From positions 197,885 through 261,884 of the forward strand of contig CAVRWO010000005.1 in assembly GCA_963724865.1 (NCBI GenBank): a stretch of 64,000 bases of DNA, read 5' to 3'. Every line of letters starts with the position of its first letter. The stretch's first letter is position 1. The notes under the pieces are model-generated. The model searched no databases. It saw only the letters and a program-made list of their open reading frames with translations, and was not told the origin of the DNA. Positions 23,936-32,803 of this stretch are shown here, piece by piece. This stretch comes from an uncultured Acidimicrobiaceae bacterium (GTDB lineage: Bacteria; Actinomycetota; Acidimicrobiia; Acidimicrobiales; RAAP-2). The translations under genes were made by a program, and so were the position numbers.

Positions 23936-25489
23936 TTACGCTTCAACACTCGCTATCGAGCGGCTCCGCAAGCCATTGGGGGACGGCCAGATAAAGCTGT
24001 TACCGACCTCCACTCCGACCGTGCTTGGAGTCGTCGCCGGAAGAGCGCTGACGGGCTTTCCGGTCTTCGAGCATCCGGTGAAGACGGGCTCGCTCACTCT
24101 CGAGCCGCTGTCAGCTTCTCCTTGAATAGCTACCACCTTGTAGAACGGCGTCTGTTCGCACCAAAACGTCTCGTGCGGCGGGATTGATGACAGGCGCCCG
24201 TCTTGCACGTCGAGCAGCATCCACTTCTTTGCCTGTGTCTCTATAACGATGTGTGACTCGTTGCTAAACGCCACGTTCGTTCCGACTGTGAGCGCTCTCA
24301 CGTTCGTCACTCGCTGTGACCATGTCGTCTTTCCGGTACTGGCGGAGATGCCGTCCAGGGTGAGCGTGACGCCGTTCATATTTGGTGACGACGTGCCGAC
24401 CGTTACCTTCCCGTTGAAGTTGCACGTGATAAGCGGAGCGAGAAATTGGAGAGACCCGGTGCAGAAGACGGATCCTGGCGCTCGCCACTTCACGTCGCCA
24501 TCGGACGGCACAATGGCAACTGTCTCGAACTGGGAAAATGCTTCGGTCTTTCCAACGGGCGTGACGCCCACCGTTCCAATATCCAGGTTCTTCGTCACGA
24601 GGAAGTCGTAACCGTAGTCGGTGGAGAACTGGCTGCCCCCGAAGAGACTGGCGACCGTGCGGGACCACAATCGCTGGCCGCTTGCTGACGTCTGCATGAG
24701 GGCTCCGGTCGCGGCATCGGTCTGCCACAGGCTAGTGACGTTGGCGGCGCCTGGAACGGCCACGCCCACGTTTCGATAAGGACCTGGCACCACACCCGCG
24801 ATAGCACCCGTACTTGGGTTGACCGCGACGAGATCGGTCGTCGTTGCAGAACTGAAGGCGGGGAAACAGAAGTAGGTTCCGTCACCGCAGACCACGGGCG
24901 CGTCGCTGACATCCACCAACTGTTTGAACGCCCAGAGAACCTTCCCGGACTCGACGTCCACTCCTTCGACACGGACATTAGGGCTGCTCAGCGCGGCCCC
25001 TGGAGAGAGCACGAGCGTGGTACTCCCGATGGCGATGGGCGTAAACGCCGCACCTAACGTGATCTGCGAGGGCGAGTATGGGTGGCTCCACACGACCGAA
25101 CCGTTGGTTGCGTTGACACCTGATATTTCCAGTTCTCGCTGGCTCGTCACATTAAGGACCAGGAGTCGGTTGCCGGCGACGACGGGCCCGCCCACAACAT
25201 GCAGCGTGGAATCACTCCACGCCGGCGAGGAACTCGCGCCAGCGGGCAACACCGCGGTGACGGACATCACCAAAAGGCCTGCGATCGCAGGGCCGATTCG
25301 ACCCCTCAAAGTGTTACGGCAGCCAATGAACTCCACCCTTTTGCCTGGGATCCATGTGTCTCGACGCGCATCACTTTCAGTCGCGTTCATGATTTCCCTT
25401 CGACGTGGTTGGACGCATACTTCGTTCACCCGTCCATTCGCTGGAACGATACCCCCACCCAGGTCCGCATTCTTTGTAAGAGGCTCCAA
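23936..25489 (-). CDS. Secreted PQQ-like beta-propeller repeat protein (start uncertain)
   Basis: Repeated G-x-x-x-W blade ends (TNGSVVWS, ESGKVLWA, ASGQRLWS, SDGDVKWR, STGKTTWS) after a hydrophobic signal-like segment. Confidence 0.6.
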   Translation of the reverse strand: MEPLTKNADLGGGIVPANGRVNEVCVQPRRREIMNATESDARRDTWIPGKRVEFIGCRNTLRGRIGPAIAGLLVMSVTAVLPAGASSSPAWSDSTLHVVGGPVVAGNRLLVLNVTSQRELEISGVNATNGSVVWSHPYSPSQITLGAAFTPIAIGSTTLVLSPGAALSSPNVRVEGVDVESGKVLWAFKQLVDVSDAPVVCGDGTYFCFPAFSSATTTDLVAVNPSTGAIAGVVPGPYRNVGVAVPGAANVTSLWQTDAATGALMQTSASGQRLWSRTVASLFGGSQFSTDYGYDFLVTKNLDIGTVGVTPVGKTEAFSQFETVAIVPSDGDVKWRAPGSVFCTGSLQFLAPLITCNFNGKVTVGTSSPNMNGVTLTLDGISASTGKTTWSQRVTNVRALTVGTNVAFSNESHIVIETQAKKWMLLDVQDGRLSSIPPHETFWCEQTPFYKVVAIQGEADSGSRVSEPVFTGCSKTGKPVSALPATTPSTVGVEVGNSFIWPSPNGLRSRSIASVEA

Positions 25490-25576
25490 TGTTCTTACTG
25501 CGAGCCGGGTACCCGGGCCAAGCCAAGTTGGTACGAAAATCTGAAATTCCCACTATCCAATGATAGGATTCTAATC

Positions 25577-25882
25577 ATGTCAAGAACGACCGTTCGCGCC
25601 AAGGGTCAGATTACGCTGCCCGACGATGTTCGCCGCGCCGCGCACCTGGAGGAGGGCGATCTCTTGGAAGCCGAGATCACGGCGGAAGGAATCCTCCTGC
25701 GGCCCCAGAAAGTCATTGATGCCACACAGGCGTGGTTCTGGGCGCCTGGCTGGCAGATTGGCGAGCTTGAGGCCGATGCCGACCGTGCCGCCGGGAGAGT
25801 CAGCACCGTCAGTTCCGGTGCGGAGTTGCTGAGCACGCTACGCCACCGCCCGAAGTCAGCGGACCGACGAAAGAAGTCGTAG
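25577..25882 (+). CDS. AbrB/MazE/SpoVT-family antitoxin
   Basis: TTVRAKGQITLPDDVRRAAHLEEGDLLE swapped-hairpin motif; C-terminal QAWFW..WQ..E.EADAD..AGRV. Confidence 0.85.
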   Translation: MSRTTVRAKGQITLPDDVRRAAHLEEGDLLEAEITAEGILLRPQKVIDATQAWFWAPGWQIGELEADADRAAGRVSTVSSGAELLSTLRHRPKSADRRKKS

Positions 25883-25888
25883 GCGACG

Positions 25889-26182
25889 TTGCCAACATAC
25901 GCATGGCTGGCCCGCTTCGGCAAGGACTTTGATGGGCTAACTCATGAGCAGCGGGCGCTCTTCCTTTTGGCCGTTGCCCAGTTTGTGGAGGATCTGGAAC
26001 GACGACATGGGTTTTGTAGGGGGCTTCGCGTCAAGAGCGTTAAAGGTGCCTCCGGAATCTTCGAGTTGACCTGGGCTAATGACGGACGCGCGACATTTGA
26101 GTACGGCGAACCAATTGTGCCGAATGAGTTCCACGTGGTTTGGCGTTGCGTCGGTACCCACGCAGTATTCGACACGCCCTAG
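25889..26182 (+). CDS. Putative RelE/ParE-superfamily toxin
   Basis: 97 aa: RFGKDFDGL..LRVKSVKGASGIFELTW..DGRATF..VVWRCVGTH; 6 bp after the abrB gene. Confidence 0.68.
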   Translation: MPTYAWLARFGKDFDGLTHEQRALFLLAVAQFVEDLERRHGFCRGLRVKSVKGASGIFELTWANDGRATFEYGEPIVPNEFHVVWRCVGTHAVFDTP

Positions 26183-26267
26183 GTGTCTTTCTTGCACATG
26201 CCCATCAAGCCGCACAACGTCGATCCCGATCAGCGTCCTTCACCGGTCGTCACGTAAGCATCTCCAA

Positions 26268-26313
26268 GGTTCCCAAGTTGAGAACGCGGGTTCAATTCTC
26301 GTCGCCCGCTCCA
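26268..26313 (+). repeat. att-like copy 3 of the tRNA-Gly 3' half (42/46)
   Basis: GGTTCCCAAGTTGAGAACGCGGGTTCAATTCTCGTCGCCCGCTCCA; 4 mismatches to 17857-17902. Confidence 0.92.
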
Positions 26314-26390
26314 CGCTTGACGTTGCTGGACGACCTCTCTAGCGCCATTCGCCGCCTCGACATCGTAAGTTAGGTTTGCTGTTTGACGAC

Positions 26391-28724
26391 TCAGGCCGTT
26401 GCGTTGCAGGTATTCTTTCCCTTCGCAGTGTTGGCCGAGCCCACGATCCCCGGGCTGTTGTTCTGCAGCTGGCAGTTGCCCCCCGCTGAGTTGTCCTGGA
26501 GGGTCCCGCCGCCGGTGTTGTTCTGGACCTGGATGTTGCCGCTCACGTCATTGCCCAGGCCATTTTCTGCCGCTCCGATTGTCACCGCACCGGCGTTGTT
26601 CTGGACTTGCAGGTTTCCACCAACCGTCAGCGGCGTGGTGCAGTCGGGTGCGGACCCGACGTCAAACGGGGCGTCAGCGCCGTTGTTCTGTACCTGCACG
26701 TTGCCGTCCACGATCGCGCCGCAGAGGTCGTTCGCGCCGGAGGTGTCGCCGACCACGGGCGAACCGGTGGTCTGTTGCACCTGCAGGTTCCCGTGAATGG
26801 TCCCGCCACGAACATCGACGCTGGCAGCGCCATTGGCCTGCACGTTGCCTTGAATGGTCGACGCGGTGTCGAGCAGGCTTCCGCCCTGCTGCACCTGAAC
26901 GTTCCCATCTACCGTCGCATCCACGAGTGTGCAGACGCTCCCCGACGGGACGGTGACGTTACCTGAAATCGTGGTGTCGCTGTACGTGTTCCCCGTGCAG
27001 CTCACGTTCCCGCTCACCGACGCGTTCGTGCCCGGCGTGAATGAGACGCCGCGCACGACGGTCGCGTTGGTGGGCGCCACAACGGTCTGGAAGGACTCGC
27101 TTGTCGGAAGCGACGTTGCGCCAAGGTTGTCAGTGATCGAGACGAGCTCGTTCGGATCCGCCCCCTGGTCACCGCTGCCGCTCACCGTCGAGGTCTCGGC
27201 CCAGATCGTCGCCGTCCCGTTGGGATTGATCTGACCCGTGATGTTGCGCAGGCCCGCGGTGGCCGGTGCCCAGGGAAGCCCCGTCCCGCCAGCACCAGAG
27301 TTGAGGCCGGTCGGGTAGTCGGGCACGGTGTAGGGCTGGCCCAGGTTGAGACCAGACTGGAGGACGTAGGCGAGCTTCCACTCCTGGGTAGACGCGTCAA
27401 ACACCCACTTCTGCAGACCGGCCGTCGTCGACGCGGCAGCAGCTGTGTAGGTGTTGGTAGCCGACGAGTAGGTGTTGTCACCTGCTCCCTCATCGGCGAT
27501 GTACAGCGTCGTCGGGTTGGCAAACCACATCCCGAAGGGGTAGTCGCTCGAGTCGGTGGCGTTCGCCGCCAGGGCAGTCGGAAAGCCCTTCAAGATGCAC
27601 ATGTTCTGGGGCTCGAGACCCGGACTCGGCTTCTTGGTGGTGCCGCCCGCCGTCGGGTCGTAGGTGAACGCCGAGGTCGTCGGCAACGACGCTCCGGGCT
27701 CGGGCAGGCCGACGCCAGTAGTCGGACAGGCCTTGCCGGTGGGGTCGACGAAGTAGACCGTGTCGACGCCGTTGCTGCCGCTGCCCTTCGTGTAGTAGAG
27801 GACGTTGTTGTACACGGTCGTGCCGCGGTAGTTGTCGTCCTTCGCCGCCTTGTCGGTGGGGTCCCCGAGTTGGGCCACGTTAAAGCTCCCGACCGGCGTC
27901 GGAGCGCCGGGAGTCTGCTCGGACTCTGGCAAGCTCGACGGCTGGATGAGCTGAGCGCCGGCCCCGGTGACGACGGCCGGTGGCTCAGGGTTGGCGCCGT
28001 TACCGGCGTTGCCCGCGGCGTAGAAGACGCCCGCGCCCGGCTCGTCGTTCAAGATCGCGGCGCGGCCGTTGTCGCCCGAGAAGGCGCTCGTCTCGGTGAA
28101 GTGGAAGGTTCCGTTCTCACCGAGCTCTCCAACCACGCGGTAGTAGGCGTCGGGGTCGGCGCTCGTCAGGTCAACCTCGCCGATGGAGTTGGCGTTCGAG
28201 ACGTCGGCCTGGTCGACCGGGGCGTTGTAGCCCATGAACGTCACGTACTGTCCGTCGGTCGAAAGGTTGAGCGCGAGCTCGGACTTCGAGGAGAAGCTCG
28301 TCACCATCTGGTCGCTGCTCGACGTTGCTCCAGGCGTCGTGCTGTTCGGCACCTCGATGCTGTTCACGAGCGAGCCCGCGGTCGTCAGCTGGTTGAGCGT
28401 GATCTCAGACGTGACCCCGAAGCTCCCGTCGACGGCGTCGTTGTTAAAGACGTCGGGGTAGTCGCCGTTGGCGACGGCAGTGCCACACGGGTCGTAGGCG
28501 TCACTACCGCAGCCCGGCGGCAGCTGCGTCGACCCGGCAGTGATGTTCGGGTCATTCTGGTACGTGCTCGTCGCAACGAGCAGGTTGCCCGGCACGAGCG
28601 TCGTCGCGGGTGCGGCGCTGCTGCCAAGCGTCGGGGCCTGCAGCGCCACCCCGGCGATAGCAGCGCACATCGACAGGGCGGCGGCGAGCCGAAGGCCTCG
28701 CCGTAAGGTACGAAGTTGTCGCAT
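26391..28724 (-). CDS. Large secreted hypothetical protein with C-terminal GNxQVQ repeats (777 aa)
   Basis: Arg-rich N-terminus and hydrophobic signal; ATG 28724 with a GAGGAA RBS; about eight GN(V/L/I)QVQ-type repeats near the C-terminus. Confidence 0.75.
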   Translation of the reverse strand: MRQLRTLRRGLRLAAALSMCAAIAGVALQAPTLGSSAAPATTLVPGNLLVATSTYQNDPNITAGSTQLPPGCGSDAYDPCGTAVANGDYPDVFNNDAVDGSFGVTSEITLNQLTTAGSLVNSIEVPNSTTPGATSSSDQMVTSFSSKSELALNLSTDGQYVTFMGYNAPVDQADVSNANSIGEVDLTSADPDAYYRVVGELGENGTFHFTETSAFSGDNGRAAILNDEPGAGVFYAAGNAGNGANPEPPAVVTGAGAQLIQPSSLPESEQTPGAPTPVGSFNVAQLGDPTDKAAKDDNYRGTTVYNNVLYYTKGSGSNGVDTVYFVDPTGKACPTTGVGLPEPGASLPTTSAFTYDPTAGGTTKKPSPGLEPQNMCILKGFPTALAANATDSSDYPFGMWFANPTTLYIADEGAGDNTYSSATNTYTAAAASTTAGLQKWVFDASTQEWKLAYVLQSGLNLGQPYTVPDYPTGLNSGAGGTGLPWAPATAGLRNITGQINPNGTATIWAETSTVSGSGDQGADPNELVSITDNLGATSLPTSESFQTVVAPTNATVVRGVSFTPGTNASVSGNVSCTGNTYSDTTISGNVTVPSGSVCTLVDATVDGNVQVQQGGSLLDTASTIQGNVQANGAASVDVRGGTIHGNLQVQQTTGSPVVGDTSGANDLCGAIVDGNVQVQNNGADAPFDVGSAPDCTTPLTVGGNLQVQNNAGAVTIGAAENGLGNDVSGNIQVQNNTGGGTLQDNSAGGNCQLQNNSPGIVGSANTAKGKNTCNATA

Positions 28725-29217
28725 GGGTATCTTCCTCTCGTAGAAGTTGGTGCTAGCGCGAACGTAGCGACGAGAGGTAAAACGCCAGTGATGCGTTCTG
28801 GTACGTCGCGAAAATGTCTCCGCCGATGGCCCGCTTACGAACGCATTGCGTAAATGCCACGTCAGCGCGTCAAAACGCCTCTCGTGCAAACGGCTCCGCC
28901 AGAGCTCGATTGGAAAGCGAGCCATTCATCTTGATCAACGGCCTCGCGAGCTGAGTCATGTAGCCCTGTCTGCCACGGGGCGATGTGAATCCAACGTGAC
29001 GTGTTCTTTTCACAGATGTTGCCTGCACGTTGCCTGAGTCAAAGTGTCGGTGAGCGCGACGCAAGGGGAGGTGATTCTGTGCAGCCGAGAGGCTTTGCCG
29101 GCCGCAACCTTGGTGTCGTACTAGTACTGAGTGGCGCGACCATCCAAGGGATTCGGTTGCTTCGGCACTGGTCGTGGGGCCGTTATGACTCTGACATTGT
29201 GTTTCAACGGCATATCC

Positions 29218-30693
29218 CTACAGGTCGTTGCCGGCGTATGAGAGGTTGAAACTCTTGTTGGCGAGCGGGAAGTCGGGCACGATCGTTTTCGCGAGTGACA
29301 CTGCGAGGGCTGGCCAGTTGAAGAACGAGGGATCGACGACTCGACATCTCGTCAAGGCGCCTGCGTCGTCGAGTTCAACGCGGTAGGCGACGCGGCCTCG
29401 CCACCCTTCGACGAGGCCAAGCCCGCTCGCCGCGGCGCACGCCGTCGGTGGGCTGAGAGAGTCCGTTGCCGCGTCGGTCGAGAGCGAACGAATGAGCCCG
29501 ATCGACGCGCGAATCTCCTCCACGCGCTGATTGAAGCGGGCGAGCACGTCGCCGTTCGTCTGCGTGACGGTGAGGAAGGGAGTTGACGTTGGAGCGAACG
29601 GGTGCTCACGTCGAGCATCGACGATTTCACCGGACGCCCGAGCGACGGGGCCAAGGACGCCCATGGTGCGTGCCTCGGCCGGTGCGAGTACGGCGGTTCC
29701 TTCAAAGCGGTCGATGACCACGCTATGAGTGAGCACGAGATCAACGAGTGCGTCGACGTCGCTCTGGACGCCATCGAGTTGCGCGTTGGTCGGTAGGCCG
29801 CCCAGCGTGGTGCGCCCTGGTGCAATCGCGCCGCGTAGCAGGCGATGACCAGTGATGGATTCGTTCGAGCGCAGGAGCGTTTCGCGGATCACCATGGCGC
29901 GCGCGTGCGCGACGCCAAAGCTCACGTCGTTGCACATAGCGCCCAAGTCACCAACGTGGTTATAGAGGCGCTCGAGTTCAAGCAGCACCGCTCGCGCCGC
30001 TCTCGCCTCATCTGGCACGACCAGACCAAGCGCCTCTTCCACCGCCATGGTGAAGGCGAGTCCGTGTCCAACCGCACTGTCACCCGAAATCTTCTCGGCG
30101 AGGTTCACGGCGTCGGTCGCTGTCATTCCCTCGAACATTCGCTCGACGCCTCGGTGAACGAACCACAGGCGGGCGGTCATCTTGAGGATCGTCTCGCCGA
30201 TCACCGAGAATCGAAAGTGACCGGGCTCAATGAGCCCGGCGTGGATCGGGCCAACAGGGATCTCGTAGACCCCGTCTCCGGCGACTTCGACGAAGGGAAA
30301 CGCCGCCCCGGTTGAGCGCGTCACTGGCAGTGGACCGGCGCCATGACGCATCGGGTGCCAGTCGTCGGGCCAATGGGCATGACGCACGAGGGGCTGCAGG
30401 AACTCGTGACCTTCGGGCACCACGCCAAACAGATCGTGGGCCTCGCGTTCAAAACGCCCCGCCGCAAAGGAGAGGTCACTGAGCGTCGGCACACGAGGAT
30501 CGCGGGTGTCGAGACGCGCCACCAACTCGACGCGTCGGTCCGGATCTCCGGCGACGAATGTGTAAACCATCCGCAGGGCGTCGCCGTCGTCGTGGGCCCC
30601 GATGAGAGCAACCACGAAACCGTCGGCGAGCAGCGCGGCCGCGCGCTGACGCAAGCTCGAGGCGTTGACTTCGGTCGTCACGCGAGCACTCAC
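29218..30693 (-). CDS. hycE: Ehr complex large subunit (HycE/NuoCD-like, lacks Ni-binding Cys)
   Basis: GPIHAGLIEPGHFRF, LWFVHRGVE, LLELERLYNH, EGWRG, VDPSFFNW; EKISGDS and DFPLANKSFNLSY in place of the two CxxC motifs. Confidence 0.85.
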   Translation of the reverse strand: MSARVTTEVNASSLRQRAAALLADGFVVALIGAHDDGDALRMVYTFVAGDPDRRVELVARLDTRDPRVPTLSDLSFAAGRFEREAHDLFGVVPEGHEFLQPLVRHAHWPDDWHPMRHGAGPLPVTRSTGAAFPFVEVAGDGVYEIPVGPIHAGLIEPGHFRFSVIGETILKMTARLWFVHRGVERMFEGMTATDAVNLAEKISGDSAVGHGLAFTMAVEEALGLVVPDEARAARAVLLELERLYNHVGDLGAMCNDVSFGVAHARAMVIRETLLRSNESITGHRLLRGAIAPGRTTLGGLPTNAQLDGVQSDVDALVDLVLTHSVVIDRFEGTAVLAPAEARTMGVLGPVARASGEIVDARREHPFAPTSTPFLTVTQTNGDVLARFNQRVEEIRASIGLIRSLSTDAATDSLSPPTACAAASGLGLVEGWRGRVAYRVELDDAGALTRCRVVDPSFFNWPALAVSLAKTIVPDFPLANKSFNLSYAGNDL

Positions 30694-32147
30694 AGCGACA
30701 CCACGTGTGCGGCAGCGTGCAGGATTGACTGCAGGGGCCAGGCGAGCACGCCCGCTGCGGCGCAGACGCCGAGCGCAGCGACCAGAGGCCACGCCACCGA
30801 CCGCGGACTTCTCTGCGGTGCGGTCGAACCCGCGTCACCAAGCAAGAGGTGCCGCGCGTGGTTGGTCACGGCGACGAAGATGACCGAGAGACCGACGAGG
30901 GCGATGGCGACGACCCACCACAGCCCCACATCCACCTCCGCGCGAGCCATTGAGAATTCACTGACGAAGAGACTGAATGGCGGCAGGCCGAGCAGGGCGA
31001 AGAGTCCGACGCCAAAGACGCCACCGATCAATGGTCGTCGAGCGAGCAACGCGCCGATGCGCGACATCTCGGTTGTCCCCTCTGCGTGAAGGATCTCGCC
31101 CGACGAGAGAAAGAGCACCGACTTGCTCAGCCCGTGGCCGAACATGTGCAAGAGCACGGCGGCGATCGCGAGCGGCGTTCCGGCGGCTGCACCGAGGGCC
31201 ATGAGACCCATGTGCTCGACACTCGAGTAGGCGAGCATGCGCTTCAGGTCTCGTTGGGCAATAAGGAGCGCCGCCGCGACGATGACCGACAAGAGACCGA
31301 CAATCAGAAAGACGGTGCGAGGAAACGTGGGTCCGAGTGCGATGTCAGCAATGGCCTTGAACCGCAAAAGCGCGTAGAACGCCACCGTCAACAGCACGCC
31401 CGACATCAGTGCCGACACCGGCGCCGGGGCTTGGCTGTGGGCGTCGGCGAGCCAACTGTGGGTCGGCGCGAGGCCGACCTTCGTGCCGTAGCCAAGCACC
31501 AAGAGCGCCATGGCCAGACGAACCAGGCCCGGGTTGAGGTGCGGAGCAAGCATCATGAGCGTCGTCCAGTCGAGCGAGGCGGCCTTGGGTCCGGCACCCG
31601 CGTGCAGCGCGGCGAAGTACAGGACGACCGTGCCGAGGAACGCCAGAGCGATGCCGATCGAGCAGAGTATGACGTACTTCCATGACGCCTCGAAGGCTCG
31701 CGCGGTGCGGTGGTGGCTGACGAGGAACGTAGTCGCAATGGTGGTCGCCTCAACGGCGACCCAGAGCACGCCGAGGTTCGCCGCCACGACGGCGAGCAGC
31801 ATGCAGGTGATGAACGCGTGCATGAGGGCCACGTAGTAGTTCGCGTGTCGCGGCGTCGTCGCGTGAGCGGCCAACTCCTGCGCCATGACTCGCGGCGTTT
31901 GAAGCGTGGCAAGAACGGCAACGGTGCCGATCACAACGACCATGAATGAACTGAGCGCGTCGGCGCGCAAGGCGCCGCCGAGGGCGAGCGAGGGGCGGTG
32001 CACGGCGTGCGAGCAGAGTGCGACGCCGAGGACGAGCACCACCGCGTTTGACACCGCACTGAGCCATCCGACCCACGCGCGCCACGGTGTGGCGAGCGCG
32101 ATGAGCCCCACCGTGAAGGGGACGGCCAAGACGAAGAGAATCAACAT
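30690..32147 (-). CDS. Ehr antiporter-like membrane subunit (HyfF/HycQ-like)
   Basis: LWVAVEATTIAT, AFEASWKY, GYGTKVGLAPTHSWLADAHSQAPAPVSALMSG, KRMLAYSSVEHMG. Confidence 0.88.
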   Translation of the reverse strand: MLILFVLAVPFTVGLIALATPWRAWVGWLSAVSNAVVLVLGVALCSHAVHRPSLALGGALRADALSSFMVVVIGTVAVLATLQTPRVMAQELAAHATTPRHANYYVALMHAFITCMLLAVVAANLGVLWVAVEATTIATTFLVSHHRTARAFEASWKYVILCSIGIALAFLGTVVLYFAALHAGAGPKAASLDWTTLMMLAPHLNPGLVRLAMALLVLGYGTKVGLAPTHSWLADAHSQAPAPVSALMSGVLLTVAFYALLRFKAIADIALGPTFPRTVFLIVGLLSVIVAAALLIAQRDLKRMLAYSSVEHMGLMALGAAAGTPLAIAAVLLHMFGHGLSKSVLFLSSGEILHAEGTTEMSRIGALLARRPLIGGVFGVGLFALLGLPPFSLFVSEFSMARAEVDVGLWWVVAIALVGLSVIFVAVTNHARHLLLGDAGSTAPQRSPRSVAWPLVAALGVCAAAGVLAWPLQSILHAAAHVVSL

Positions 32148-32803
32148 CAGTCGCGCAGCTCTGTCATCTCGGCGGGCTCTCGCGAACCTGCCCGGGCGTT
32201 CACGGTGACGACGAGTACCTGAAGGACGACCACGACGAGCAGGACGTCGAGCGCCGAGCCCAGCTCCACGATCAGTGGGACGCCTGACGTCAGGAGGAAC
32301 GTGATCAACGCGATGCCGTTGTCGACGAGGAGAAGCCCGACGATCTGGGAAATGGCCCGTCGGCGCGTGACCAGCATGAGGTAGCCAACGAGGACGGTCG
32401 CAAGCCCGATGGGAACGAGGCGCGTCGCCGGTGACGGATCGATCGCAGTGATCTTCGCGCTTACGGCGTACGCGACGACAATGAGCGCCGCGCCAATGAT
32501 GAGCGAGGCGGGCACGTTGATGAGCGGAGAGGTCTCGCGGCTCTCGGGATTGCGACGGACGACGCGGCGCAGCAGTTCTGGCGCGACGAGGCCCTTTACG
32601 AGGAGGACCAGGATCGCAGTGACGCCGAGGGCGACGTTTCGCTCGTGGACGGCGAGCACTGAGGCAACACCAGCGAGCGCGAGCCCCTGCAAACGAAGCA
32701 ACGAGACGATCGTGCGCACCCGGCGGCGCCAGAGCGTCATGATCGCACAGACGAGCACGGCTCCCGCCGAGAGTTCTAACAGGCTGGCGTAGGACATCGT
32801 CAT
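32147..32803 (-). CDS. Ehr membrane subunit (HyfE/HycP-like)
   Basis: Multi-TM; SQIVGLLLVDNGI, PLIVELGSALDVL; position in the operon. Confidence 0.8.
   Translation of the reverse strand: MTMSYASLLELSAGAVLVCAIMTLWRRRVRTIVSLLRLQGLALAGVASVLAVHERNVALGVTAILVLLVKGLVAPELLRRVVRRNPESRETSPLINVPASLIIGAALIVVAYAVSAKITAIDPSPATRLVPIGLATVLVGYLMLVTRRRAISQIVGLLLVDNGIALITFLLTSGVPLIVELGSALDVLLVVVVLQVLVVTVNARAGSREPAEMTELRD

Larger units (their letters stand above)
17903..26313. mobile_element. Tandem tRNA-Gly-anchored genomic islets (three units: 17903-19770, 19771-23154, 23155-26313), no integrase seen
   Basis: Units bounded by direct repeats of the tRNA 3' half; accessory cargo (TA pairs, glycosyltransferase, hypotheticals). 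Confidence 0.75.

Noticed and set aside
17857-26313. tRNA-derived repeats as a CRISPR array
   Set aside because: The spacing is 1.9-3.4 kb and filled with genes, the repeat is a tRNA 3' half, and no cas genes are present.
19725-26313. The three downstream copies as additional tRNA genes
   Set aside because: All lack the 5' acceptor strand and D arm, so they cannot fold as tRNAs.
28725-29217. Riboswitch or ncRNA in the long intergenic region upstream of the secreted protein
   Set aside because: A GGGG..GTGAATCC string recalls c-di-AMP riboswitches but lies on the wrong strand and lacks the other conserved elements; an Infernal/Rfam scan would be needed.
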